64,000 bases of DNA from Mobula hypostoma (Eukaryota). Position 1 is the first letter of the stretch. The number at the start of each line of letters is the position of its first letter. The position numbers were made by a program, and so were the translations under genes. Location: positions 73,968,001 through 74,032,000 of the forward strand of contig NC_086108.1 in the NCBI RefSeq assembly GCF_963921235.1. The letters run 5' to 3'. The notes under the pieces are model-generated. The model saw nothing but the letters and a program-made list of their open reading frames with translations, ran no database searches and was not told where the DNA came from. Positions 1-12,873 of the stretch are shown one piece after another.

Positions 1-614
1 CATGGAAAACCTATCAAATACAACAGCAAGTTGATTTGGGATTGCTACAAAAGATACACGGCACAAACAGCCACAGACCATTCTGCAGGTAGTGCGTTAA
101 GAGTTGAACCACAGGACAAGCAGCAGCCCAAATCACTTGGACTTGGACAACCCAAAGCACTCTCAATTTAGTTGTACCACACTACAAGTGACCAATTAAG
201 CACCTCTGCACTGCCCTACTCTTCCTCCTTCAAGAACGATTCCCAAAGAAAATAGTCAGCTGCCTAAACTGATACTCCACCTGTCTTTTTTGTTGCAATC
301 TTAATTTATTTCCTTCGATTACTCACTTAAAACTGCATTTATAATTAAACCCTAAATCAAACAAAATCATATTTATAATGATCCCACATCACTCACCAAA
401 GAAACATTTCAAGTGATATAATATCTTGATATCTTGAGCAGATCATAGGTCCATGGATTTTAAGAAATGGGCTGACACTTCAGTGCAATATCAAGGGAAT
501 ACTAGTCAGAACTGAGCACCTGTGAAGTATAATGTGAAAGCATAGCTCCATTTCTGATTTTTGGAATAAGAATAAAATGGGTCTATTGTATTAGGTGGCT
601 GTTATCAAGGGGGG

Positions 615-915
615 AAACTAGGATCAGGACAGTACTACGTGCCCTGTTAATGCCACCGTGTACTGTCCCAAGCCCGGCTGCCAAAGGAGAAGGCTTGATC
701 ATGGGGCTAGCAACCCAATGCTACAGGACTGCCAACAGAAGCTCCAAGGACCTCATTTCTGGGAGAGGACAGATACACCAAGGAGATGGGCTACAAATGA
801 AGATAATGTGAAAGACTGGCCCAGGACAGAGGACTCTGGTGAGCTACTGTTGGCAGCCTATGTCCCAGTCAGGGTGATGATGCCTAAGAAGAAGACAAGC
901 CCCTGTAAAAACAAA
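615..915 (+). mobile_element. Degenerate RTE-clade LINE-derived fragment(s)
   Basis: RTE 5'-type motif GGGGCTAGCAACCCA...CCCTGTAAAA. The 3' part reads like an RTE C-terminus (LAQDRGLW..VGSLCP) with an AAG-repeat tail at ~886-895. Confidence 0.4.
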
Positions 916-1252
916 ACTGGGTAGAAAAGTGAGATGCAAGGCGGATGCAGAGCATCAGCACAAGACAGTTTGAATAGATGACAACTTTGAATAGATGATG
1001 ACTGACAAAGGTGGAATTATTTCAGGCACAAGAGCTCAGTGAAGCTTTAAATAATGTGCTCAAAATGAAGAGAAGTTAAACAGAATCAATCAGGACCCAT
1101 TTTCTTCAGCCTACAGATCAATGTGGAAGAAACAGGGTTTAGAAGGGAACTGAGTGAGAGAGAGAGAGAGAAAAAAAATCCCCTAATGGGCAATTTTGAA
1201 ACTCATTGCCACAAGGGATAGTTGGGACAATTTTTTTCCATGCATTGAAGTA

Positions 1253-1425
1253 CATAGAACATAGAAACTTACAGCACATTACAGGCTCTTCAGCCTATAA
1301 TGTTGTGCTGACCATGTAACCTACTCCAGGGACTGCCTAGAATTTCCCCAGCACATAGCTGTCTATTTTTCTAAGCTCCATGTACCTACCTAAGAGGTTC
1401 TTAAAAGACCTTATTGTATCTGCAA
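1253..1425 (-). mobile_element. CR1 LINE 3' end fragment
   Basis: Reverse complement of the CR1 3' end seen at 60300-60455 (CATAGAA tail repeats, GGCCCTTCGGCCCACAA-like motif). Confidence 0.65.
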
Positions 1426-1529
1426 GTCGTAATTAGATGGACACCTGTGGTAATCTCAGACACATGCGACATGAATTTAGTCTTACCATTCTTATCATCT
1501 CCCACAGATTCCAACACTCATCTATATTA

Positions 1530-1724
1530 GGGAGTTAGCGGCCAATTAACCTACCAACCCACAGGTCTTTGGATATGTGGGGAAACCAGAGCATCTGGAG
1601 GAAACCTACCAGATCAGAAGAACAATGGGCAAGCTCCACACAGAAGGCATCCAAAATCATGATTGAAACCAAGTTCCTGGTTCAGTGAGACAGTGGCTCT
1701 TCTAGCTGCTGCACAGTGGCACCC
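1530..1724 (-). mobile_element. tRNA-derived V-SINE
   Basis: Reverse complement of the V-domain core (GGGTTTCCTCC.G.TGCTC.GGTTTCC..CCACAT.CCAAAGAC) with a tRNA-like head toward 1724. Confidence 0.6.
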
Positions 1725-1834
1725 AAAGCTTTACCTTGCCAGAACGCTTAATGGTTCAAGTACAAGTCCAGACATAAATATTAAAAGTACAGTGTGGTGT
1801 GGAAAAGATTTTCTGACTTTGGGACCAATCATCT

Positions 1835-2745
1835 ACTACAACATGGAAACCGGCAGTTCAGGCCAACACATTCAGTCTAATCTGCCACTCATCATGCAAT
1901 TCACATTGCCAATATCCCTCTAAGTCTCTTCTATCCATGTATGTCCCCAAATGACTTTTGAATGCTATTATTGTTCCTGTCTCAACTAATTTCTCTGGCA
2001 GCTCATTCCATCTACATACCAACACCCGCTTGAAAAATTTGCCTCTAATTCCATTTACAGTTTTCACCTCTCGCCTTAAATCTAAGCCCTCTAGAATTTA
2101 GTTCCCCTTCCCTTGGGAAAAGACATGTTCATCCTCTCTCTGTCTCTCAGGGTTTTATAGACTTATACAAGACCTCCTATCAATCCCCAATGCTCCAATA
2201 AATAAAGTCCTAGCCTCTCCAATTTCTCCCTATAACACAGGGCCCTGAGTCCTGGCAGCATCTTTGTAAATCTTCTCTGTACCCTTTCCAGCTTAATGAC
2301 GTCTTTCTAGAAGTGAAACTCCAACATAATGCCCTAAATCCTATGATCGATCCCCTGGCCAATGAAGGCTAGTGTGACAAATGTATTTTTCACCACCTTG
2401 AGTACCTGTGATGGGCCTTTCAGTAACTATGTACTTGAAATCCGAGGGCTGTCTGTTCCACAATACCTCCAAGACCATGCCCATTCACAGTAAGAGTCCA
2501 ACCCTGGTGTGATTTCCCAAATTGCAACGCTTTGTACTATGCAAATAGAAAGTAATTTTCCAATCCTCAGACCTTTTACCTAGCCGATCAAGATTCATCT
2601 TGATTCATCTTGATGACGGTCAAGAGGGTTTAACTTTTGATAACCCTCTTGACCGTCTATAGTATCAGCTATTTTAGTATCAGCAAATTTACGAACTAAC
2701 CATGTCTTGCACATGTATATCTAAATCATTTAATAATGAACAGCT
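1835..2745 (-). mobile_element. Old CR1 LINE 3' fragment
   Basis: Minus ORF 1858-2067 (RGKFFKRVLVCRWNELPEKLVE...FKSHLGTYMD) is the CR1 ORF2 C-terminus, with degraded RT sequence further along. Confidence 0.65.
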
Positions 2746-2849
2746 TCAAATGGAGATAATAAAATAACACAAATATAAATAAAGCTTCAAAACCAGAATC
2801 TGGTGCAAATGAACCAGAATTCATTGTGCAATGAACTAGAGTTGATTAG

Positions 2850-5138
2850 CGAGCTTAAGGTAAAAGAAGCCTTAGGAGAAAGTGATCATAATATGATCAA
2901 ATTCATCCTGAAATTTGAGAAGGAAAGCTAAAGTCTGATGTATCAGTATTACAGTGGAGTAAAAATAATTATAGAGGCATGAGAGAAGAGTTGGCCAGAA
3001 TTGATTGGATAAGAACACTGGTAGTGATGACAGCAGAGCAGCAATGGCTGGAATTTCTGGAAGCAATTCAGAAGGCACAGGATATATTCAACTCAAAGAG
3101 AAAGAAGTATTCTAGAGGAAAGATGACACAACTGTGGCTAACAAGAGAAGTCAAAGCCAACATAAAAGCCAAAGAGAGGGCATATAATAGAGCAAAAATT
3201 AGTGAGAAGTTAGAGAATTGGGAAGCTTTTAAAAACCAACAGAAGGCAACTAATAAAGTCATTAAGATAAAGATGGAATACAAAAGTAAGCTAACCAATA
3301 AAATTAAAGAGGGTACCAAAAGTTTCTTCAGATACATAAAGTGTAAAAGAGAGGCGAGAGTGGATACATCAGACTGCTGAAAAACGATGCTGGAGAGGTA
3401 GTAATGGGGGACAACGAAATGGCGGATGAACTGATAAGTATTTTGTGCCAATCTTCACTGTGGAAGATACTGGCAGAATGGTGGAAATTCCAGGTGTCGG
3501 GGGCATGAATTGTGTGCAGTTACCATTATTACAGAGAAGATTCTTGGGGAACTGAAAGGTCTGAAGGTAGATAAGTCACCTGTACTGGATAGTGGACACT
3601 CTAGAATTCTGAAATAAATAGCTGAAGAGATAACGCAGGAATTAGTAATGATCTTTAAGAATCACTAGACTCTGGAATGGTTCTGGAAGACTGGAAAATT
3701 CCAAAAGTCACACCCCTCTTCAAGAAGGGTGAGAGTCAGAAGAAAGGAAACTATAGACCAGTTAGTCTGAGCACAGTAGCTGGGAAGATGTTGAAATCGA
3801 TTATTAAGGATGAGGTCTCAGGGTACTTGAAGGCACATAAAAGGCCACAGTCAGCATGGTTTCCTCAAGGGAAAAACTTGCCTGACAATCTGTTTGAATT
3901 CTTTGAAGTAGTAACAAGCAGGATAGCCAAAGGAGAATCAGTTAATGTTGTGTACTTGGATTTTCAGAAGGTCTTTGACAAGGTGCCACACATGAGGCTG
4001 CTTAACAAGCTACGAGCCCATGGTATTACAGGAAAGATTCTAGCATGGATAAAGCAGTGGCTGATTGGCAGGAGGCAAAGAGTGGGAATAAAGATAACCT
4101 TTCCTGGTTGGCGGCCTGTGACTAGTGGCGTACCACAGGGGTCTGTGTTAGGACCGATTCTTCTTATGTCAATAGTCAATGATTTGGATAATGGAATTGA
4201 TGATTTTGCTGTAAAGTTTTCAGATATGAAGATAGGTAGAGGGGCAGGTAGTTTTGAGGAAGTAGAGAGGCCACAGAAGGACTCAGACAGATAAAGAGAA
4301 CGGGCAAAGAAATGACAGAAAGAATACAGTGTCAGGAAGTGTATGGTCAAGCAATTTGGTAGAAGTGAAAGGGTTGACTATTTTCTAAATGGAGAGAAAA
4401 TACAAAAAAAAATGAGGCACCAAAAGGGCTTGGGAACGCTTGTGCAGGATTCCCTACAGGCTAATTTGCAGGTTGAGTCTGTGGTGAGGAAGGCAAATAC
4501 AATGTTAGCATTCATTTCAAGAGGACTAGAATATAAAAGCAAGGATGTAATGATGAGACTTTATAAAGCACAGGTGAGGTCTCACTTGGACTATTATGAG
4601 CAGTTTGGGGCCTCTTGTCTTCAAAGGATTTGCTGAAAGTGGAGAGGGTTCAAAGGAGGTTCACAAAATTGATATCAGGACTAAATGGCTTGTTATATGA
4701 AGAGCACTTGATGGCTCTGGGCCCATGTTCAGTGGAATTCGAAACCTCATTGAAATCTATCTAAGAGCGAAAGGTCTTGATAAAGTGGATGTGAAGAGGA
4801 TGTTTCCTATGGTGGGAGAGTCCAAGAACAGACACAGCCTCAGAATAGAGAGGTGTCCTTTTCGAATGAAGATGAGGAGGAGTTTCTTTAGCTAAAGAGT
4901 TGTTAATCTGTGGAATTCTTTACCACAGGCAGCTATGGAGGCCAAGTCTTTATATATACATATTTAAGGCAGAGGTTGACAGGTTATTGGTTAGTCAGCG
5001 CATGAAAGGATACAGGGAGAAAGCAGGAGTTTGGGGCTGAGAGGGAAAATAGGATCAGCCATGATGAAATGACAGAGCAGACTCGATACACCAAATGGCC
5101 TGGCCTAATTCTGCTCCTATATCTTATGGTCTTACGGT
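2850..5138 (+). mobile_element. 5'-truncated CR1 LINE (ORF2 RT pseudogene)
   Basis: ORF pieces 2979-3380, 3677-4294 (YLDFQKVFDKVPH, GVPQGSVLGP) and 4343-4636, broken by stops and frameshifts. The 3' tail is TCTTATGG repeats at ~5122-5138. Confidence 0.9.
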
Positions 5139-5271
5139 TTCAAAACATTTCCAAAGCTTAATAGCAACAGGTCATTACCCTAAAACTTATTCTGAACATA
5201 ATAAAAACAATTCAAATTTAACCAGAAGTAATTCCAAAACTATCACACAGTCAATATGAAAATGGAAAAGG

Positions 5272-5462
5272 TTAGGAGTATTGCGGCATCAGCACTGGAC
5301 TTTGAGGCGAATTGTCCTGGGTTTGAATCTGGCCGGACCCTTGCAGCCCTTCTATCCGTGCTGGGTTGAGCATCGAGCTAGCAACTCAGCCTCAAAAACA
5401 AAGACAAATGCAAAGGAAAAGGCAAAAAAATGCCACCCCATACACCACAAGGCAACAATAGG
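5272..5462 (+). mobile_element. tRNA-derived SINE with RTE-like 3' module
   Basis: B-box-like GGTTTGAATC, followed by GGGTTGAGCATCGAGCTAGCAACTC, similar to the motif at ~700. Confidence 0.4.
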
Positions 5463-7990
5463 AAAATATGCTCAGGTTTAATTTAAAATCAATTTCAAAA
5501 GGAAACCAAAACACCTTCATCTGACATTTCTCGAAGCAAATATTTTCATTTACCAAAGCCAGCTAACTCAGATGACCCAAAAATAAAATTTGTTAGAGTA
5601 CTAAACAGCCTACAATACTGGCATTTATTTCAGATTATTCAAACTGATCTATCCCTCATTTTCAGTACACTAACAAATTTAAAGAGATGTCATATCTTTT
5701 ACATAAATGATTAACATAATGATAATAAATAAGAGAGAAACAATTAGGAACAAATGATTGGGAACCAACTGCACATTTGAGATTCTTCTGCTCTGGAGTT
5801 GTGGTTGCATCTCATAGGTACTGCTCAGAATCATTCCAGTTCAATGATTCCGTTTTGTGGGAGACTAATTTATGCACATCTGAACGTTGTAGATGGTGTA
5901 AAATCATTCAGATTCTAAGGATTTCTCCCTTACGGCATTTAGCAAGATAGCGACAAGTATCCTTTTGCTTCAGTCAATTAAGTTAACAACTGAACAATCA
6001 TTGAGCCTTAAAATGAAGAACTAGAGGAACAGCTGCTATGTTTAGTACACAATAAAAAAATACATCTAATACATCTCCAATGTCTAACTGCCTGCAAATC
6101 AATGAGAATCTTGCTCAACTGCAGAACATAAATTGAATAAACCACTTCTCAATCATCTCTATTGTGTTGTTTCTCACCCAACAATATGAAGTGCAATGCC
6201 CCAATTATCAAAGTAAAATATATAGATACTAATCTTTGTAAAAAAAAGGAATTCTAGATTTAGTTCAATCCAAAAGTAAACACTAAAGAATGAGGGGAAA
6301 AAAATAGAGCACTCCGTATTTCAGGTTGTAGATAATTTCAAATTGCAAAAATATTAATTAAGTTACAGATAATTTTGGTGGATAAACAAATACTTTAAAA
6401 AACTCAAAATAGCACAAGGTTGTGAACAGAAGGAAGCCAGGAAGAGAAATGTAGTTGGCAGATAAAGAAATTACTTTGTAGCCTTTAGATAATGGCTTTA
6501 GGCTTCCTGATATTTAGCTGGAGGAAATTTCTGCACATCTCATCTGGGATATGGACAAACAGCATACTAGATTATTGACAGATGGTGGGGTCAAAGGAAG
6601 CCTTGGCTGAGTTCAAGGAAAATTATAGAAGAGGCAAGCAGGAGCAAGGTTTTGTAGCTGGATTTGAAGGCAAAGTGCAAAACAAGCTGTTTTCTAGAAA
6701 TGCAATGTGATCCCCACCTCCCCTCCAAACCCAGCCATCCTAATGAGACAGTTGCCTGTACAAAAAAATCAGTTATGAAGCCTCAAGGAAAGAGATGGAG
6801 GGAAGAAATGGTGAGATGGGTTTGACGACAGCAGTTTTGTAAGTAAGGGATACTATACCCAACAAGAATTTATCTACAGTGTTAGATAAATTCCTAATTT
6901 ATCTAAGTCCTATGGACAGTATAAACCAATTACATTTCCAGGATATAACAGAACAGCCAGATATGTCAAGGTCAATTGTCAGAATCCATCAGGTGGGAAC
7001 AAGATAACAGAATTTTGGAAGTTGCACTTAGAAATATTCCTCCTCCTCCTCCTCTAGCCATAAGCAATTTAATTCTTCCTAGATATAAAAGGTCACAAAC
7101 TGTGAACCACTGATTTGTACAGGATTGCTTTCCCTGCCCTCTTTGAAAAATTCCATCTCATTGCGATTTCCATCTGATCATTGCCCCTGCTGTTGAAGTA
7201 CCAGACATATCACAGCTGAGTGATATCCAGTATGCTGAAGGCTTCAGGGATGGCACTGCCACCACTAAAATTGGTCAAAAATTAAAATGAACATGAGCAT
7301 TTTTATTTATATTAATCTCTTAATGTGCATGACACAACTATCCTCTTGGCAGACTACATAAAATTAGAGGTGAAATAATTTACCACACTGCCTAATTGTT
7401 CTTTGAATCTTAAATCTGTCAAGAGGAAGAATAATTCTAATTTTTACATTAATATTTGAGGTTCAGATCAATTCACTAGATTCATATTCTCCTTCAAACA
7501 CTGTCAAAAGCCTTCTGAAAGGTGGAATGTATTGCCCATGCATTGATGCCTTTTCAGGAAAAAAACAAGAAGCCACAAAGTATATCTGAAAATACTGAAA
7601 AGCTGTACTGTCCAGTGTAATCAAAAGAAATACCCAAGATATAAGGGCATATAGTCAGAAGAACAGTGGGAAAGTTAGCGATTAAAGATTTAACAGTGAA
7701 ATAGTCTCAATACATGAGCCAAAGACAAATTAACAGCATGGTTATGCACAATTTACAAAAACCAATCAAGAAACAGGAATTATTCACTAGTCAGGTATTT
7801 TGAACACTTCAAAATACATTCATGGACTCTTTCACAAAATCAAAAATTAAAATGTTATTTTTCACTGACAAAGTTCAAGATCAGAAGCATGAAGTCTAAA
7901 TATGCAGTCTTGTGGAAAAAAAGAGATGTCACCTCTGTGTCAAACAGCAATTCAGTAACGAGGTCAACCATACAAATCAATTTATGACGA

Positions 7991-8026
7991 AGTCCTGACG
8001 AAGGGTCTCGGCCTGAAACGTCGACT
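7991..8026 (+). ncRNA. Minimal type-I hammerhead ribozyme motif (copy 1)
   Basis: AGTC-CTGACGA-AGGGTCTCGGCCT-GAAA-CGTC^GACT. It has the core CUGANGA/GAAA/UH, stem I AGUC/GACU and a palindromic ACGU stem III. Confidence 0.8.
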
Positions 8027-8052
8027 GCACCTCTTCCTAGAGATGCTGCCTG

Positions 8053-8088
8053 AGTCCTGACGAAGGGTCTCAGCCTGAAACGTCGACT
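8053..8088 (+). ncRNA. Minimal type-I hammerhead ribozyme motif (copy 2)
   Basis: Same motif 62 nt downstream, with one substitution in the stem II loop region. Confidence 0.8.
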
Positions 8089-8914
8089 GCACCTCTTCCT
8101 AGAGATGCTGCCTGGCCTGCTGCGTTCACAGCAACTTTTATGTGTGTTGCTTAAATCAATTTATGATATAGTTTCTCCTCACATTTTTAGTTAATCTTAC
8201 CTTGAAGCATTTCAGATCCAGAAAAAGATTTTGAGAAACTTGATACATTAGCATGCACTCAGAAAAGATCTCTCTCTACTAAGAAAATAACAACAATGTT
8301 TCAGTATTCTTGGTGAACAACTCAGATACTGAAGTTAATCTCTTCAATCTCTCATCAGTTATTTTTACATGGCACACACAAGCATTTAAAATCAGCATAC
8401 ACATTTCTTTTCATTGGTACATCTAGCAAAGTTGACAGACTACAGTTATGGCCTTGTACCGTTGTCACAATCTTATCTGTGTGAATGTATAAACACAAAC
8501 AAATATATTACCTGACCAACCTGAAATAAATCCAAAAATAAATTCGATTATTTATGACTAAGAAACAGAAAAAGTCAGCCACAGCATACCAAAACTAATA
8601 TATCAGCAATGAACTAAGTTTATTTAGCAGTGTACTAAACAAAGCAAAGGACAAAAATGATCAAGAAATGAAAAAAGTTCACTTAGAGAATATATTAAAT
8701 ATTGAAGCATCACAGAGCGTTGATAGTTCTTGTAAGTAACTATACCCATGTTTTCTCCAAGGAGCTTATTTTCTACCCTTCATCCATTTTCAAGGCAGCT
8801 ATGAAAAGCCATTGCAGAATAGATTAGCAGACTACACATGAAATGGGCTGTAAAATTGGGAAAAGCATTGCCTGCTGATCCATATTAATTGTTTCCATTA
8901 GTTGGTAGACTCAG

Positions 8915-9600
8915 ACCATAAGACACAAGAGCAGAAATAGGCTATTCGGCCCACCCAGCCCGCTCCACTATTCAAATCATGGCTAATTTATTTTTCATCT
9001 TAACAACATTCTCCTGCCTTCTCCCCATAACCTTTGATGCCATAACTAATCAAGAACCTATCAACCTCCACTTTAAGTATATCCAATAACAGCTTCCATT
9101 AATGTCTGTGGCGATGAATTCCACAGATTCATCACCCTCTGACTGAAGAAATTCCTCCTCATCTCTGTTCTGAAGGGACGTCCTTCTATTCTAAGGCTGT
9201 GCCCTCTGACTCTTGACTGTCCCATTATTGGAAATATCTTTGATACATCTTTCAATATTTAGAAGGTTTTAATGAGATTACCCGCCCCCCCTCCCATTCT
9301 TCTCAATTCCAGTGAGTATAGGTCCAGAACCATCAAATACTTCTTAAACGCTAACCCTTTCATTCCGAGGATCATTCTTATAAACCTCCTGTGGGCCCTT
9401 AACAATGCCAGCACATCCTTTCTTAGATATGCAGCCTAAAACTGCCCGCAATACTCCAAATGTGGTTTGACCAATGCCCTACCAGGTCACAGCATTTCAC
9501 CCTTGTTTTTATATTCTGGTAATCTCAAAATTAATGCCAACATTGCATTTGCCTTTCCCGCTGTTCAACTGACTTATCCAGCAAGTTAACCTTTGCACTG
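8915..9600 (-). mobile_element. CR1 LINE 3' fragment
   Basis: Minus ORF 9073-9255 (RGHSLRIEGRPFRTEMRRNFFSQRVMNLWNS); tail GACCATAAGAC at ~8915. Confidence 0.85.
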
Positions 9601-12600
9601 GAACTCCAAGGTATAACCAAGGTTAAGCACAACAAGCACATGGAAATGCTACCACTGCATTTTTCACTCCAAACTGATTGGAATATATTAGCATTCTTTC
9701 TTCGCTGCAGGATGCGTATTTTAGAGATCCCTACACAACAACATGAACATGTCATTACAAAGAACATTGGAGCTGAGGATGAACACAATCACCACTTCAA
9801 GGGAAATTGAAGAAAGACAAAAAAAAGTGCTCACATTGTGAATTTAGGAGTGGGAAATCTTCTTAATAACAGAAGATGAGTCATGTAGTGTCTGGATCTA
9901 TTTCTTTTAGAATCATCACTCTCCCCACGCCCACTCCCATTCAGCACCACGTATTGATCTGCTGTCTGCACAAGCCCATTGCTCTCTCTCTCACTGCAAT
10001 GTGAATACACCAGATAAAGCCATCTTTCACATACTTGCTTTTATTTAATTGATATATAGTTGTACACAGACACAACAAATTGGTGACAAGTACAAAGCTA
10101 AATGGCAGAAAATATCACGAACTGCACCAACAGTTACGAGTTGAAACAGTGAGAGTTAAACAGCATAAGAAAGCCATCACAGACACTAACAAAGGAACGC
10201 TCAAAGGTGCTTAATCTTAAGTGAGAATAATGAGAAGTCGGCTTCAGTCAGGAAAGTTGACGAATTTGTTGGTGCTAATGAAGGTTGGGAGTCATATATC
10301 GGGAACGTTGAACTGTATTGTAATGCGAACAATGTGGAGGAGCAAAAGAAAACACTGCACTTCTTAGCTTAATGGGCCGAAGAACGTACAGTCTCTTACG
10401 CAACTTAGTAAACCCTGCAAAACTAGCAGGCAAGATGTTTGCTGAAAATTGTTACAATTTTACCACATCATTTGAGCCCTAAATCGCTGGTAATAGCTGA
10501 AAGATTTAGATTTTACAAAAGGAATTAAAGGATAAAAGTATTTCTGAATACATAGCAGAATTGCGCAAACTTTCCCAGTACTGTGACTTCAGATGGACTT
10601 CCTGATGCATTCAGGGACAGGCTTGTATATGGCATGCATAGTCAAGGCACTCAAAAGAGGCTACGATCTGAAACAGACTCAACCTTAGAACAGGCAATGA
10701 CCATTGCAATATTGTTAGAGACTTCACCAAAGGATTCAGCAGAACTACAGAAAAGGAGGTTAGAACATTAAATACACAAAATGTCCCTGAATGATGCAAA
10801 AAGCCAAAGATGTTATTGATGTAGCAAATCCTCCCATGATACAAATGACTGTTGGTTCAAAGAAAAAGTCTGCAGAAAGTGCCATAGATAAGGTCACATG
10901 GAAAGAACGTGCAAAGCAGACAAAAGCATAACCAAGTGAGAAGGCTCAAACATAAAACTAAGATACCATGAGAGAAGACCTCAGTGAGGACTTACACAGG
11001 TAAAAAAGTGTATCCCAAAGGAAAACTGGAAGTAAATGTGACATATCAAGGCAAAACACAACAATTAGAGCTCAACATATTGAAAAGTGGAGGGCCAACA
11101 CTTTTCAGACATGAATGGTTGACAAAAATCCAACTAGACTGGCACTCAACCAAGGCTCTCAGCACAGCATCAACAGGCAACAGCAGCTCAAATAGTAGTA
11201 CTAACCAGAGACTGGCACTGCTGCTTAATGATAATGAGAAGGTGTTTGAGAAGGAGATCAGTAAATTCAAAGGCACGAAGGCCAGAATTGAACTGAATGA
11301 AGCGGCAACACCAAGATTCCACAAAGCACACCCGGTGCCTTAACACATTACTTCCTAATATGGATGCTGAACTGCAGAGCTTGGAAGCATCTGGAATTCT
11401 CTCCAAGGTTGAATGGAGCAATTGGGCTACACCCATCATCCCAGTAGTCAAGAAAAGGAAGGCCGGAGCTGTTCGCATATGTGGGGTGAGCATTTCAAGG
11501 TCAGCATCAACTCGGTGTTGCGTACTGTGCAGTATCCCCTGCCATGAATAGAAGGTATTTTTGCATCTTTGGCAGGTGGGGAGCACTTTTCAAAGATTGA
11601 CATAAGTCTACAGTATCTGCAAATGGAGATTGAGGAGTCAAGTAGGAAGTCCCTCACAATCAACACTCACAAGGTACTGTTCCAGTATAATCGTCTCATC
11701 TTCGGCATTGCATTATCTCCAGCAATTTGGCGAGGAGCAATGAACCAAGTGTTCCAAGTTACACTAGAAACACAATGTTACCTTGATGACATCATCATGA
11801 CCGGCAAAAATGATGAAGAGCACCTCCGGAACCTTGGTAAAGTGCTTACCAGACTGAGTGACACGGTCTGCATGCAGAGAGAAATGTGAGTTTTTCAAGA
11901 ATAAAACCTCATATTGTGGACATGTCATTTCAAGCAATGGCTTACATAAGTCACATGAGAAAACTGAAGCAGAGCTATACAGGCACCCAAACCAGAAAAT
12001 GCGCAACTCAAGTCATATTTGGGCCTTGTAAACTACTACCACTGGTTTCTCCCAAACATCTCTACTGTGCTGCACCCATTGAACGCACTGTTACAGATAG
12101 GAGCAAAGTGGGAATGGTTAGAAAGATGTGAAAAAACATTCAAGGGAAAAAAGAGACTTAATAACATCCGATGAACTGCTCACCCATCATGACCCATCCC
12201 TGTCCATCAGACTGGCGTGCAATGCGTCCCCTAATGGCATTGGAACTGTTTAGTCACACATTATGAAAGATGAATCTGAATGCCTGATTGCATTTGCTTC
12301 AGGGTCACTGACGAGGGCAGAATGCAACTACGCACAGATCAACCAGGAGGCCCTTAGTCTAGTATCACTACTTCTATGGACAGAAGTTTACGCTAGTGAG
12401 AGATCACCAGCCCCTTGTGTCTATTTTCAACCAGTTGCCAAGTGAAGCAGCAAGGAGCTTCGAGATTGGACAGGAAGTCCTAGGACAGGATTAGCGAGAA
12501 GACAGTGGACATGTAGTAGGATAGCTACAAGAACTGGACCACTGATGTACACAGTCAATGTTGGACATTAGACATGGAGACATCATGTGGACCAGATAAT

Positions 12601-12873
12601 GGGTATTCAACTGAAAAGCACATCCGAGTCGAATGCATCCAACAAGACGGACCTATTACAGTCACCGAACTTACCTCTCAGTGATGATCATATCACTGAC
12701 AGCAACATGACACCAGAAACCGAGAAAGTTGTCTTTGACAAGACACCTACCAAACCTGATGCCACTGCACAAGTCCAAAGGCACTATCCTGAAAGGAACA
12801 GAGCGCCACCTATAAAACTGAACCTTTACAACTGTGAAGTTCATTATGGATGGTTATTGTGAAAGTATGTTTA

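Larger units (their letters stand above)
7988..8152 (+). mobile_element. Penelope pseudo-LTR-only insertion with tandem 62-nt duplication
   Basis: Near-identical to the reverse complement of pLTR 59220-59320. Flanked by a 14-bp TSD AAATCAATTTATGA (7974-7987, 8153-8166). Confidence 0.9.

Noticed and set aside
7991..8110. Direct repeats as a CRISPR array
   Set aside because: Eukaryotic context, only two units and identical 'spacers'; this is a tandem duplication of a pLTR.
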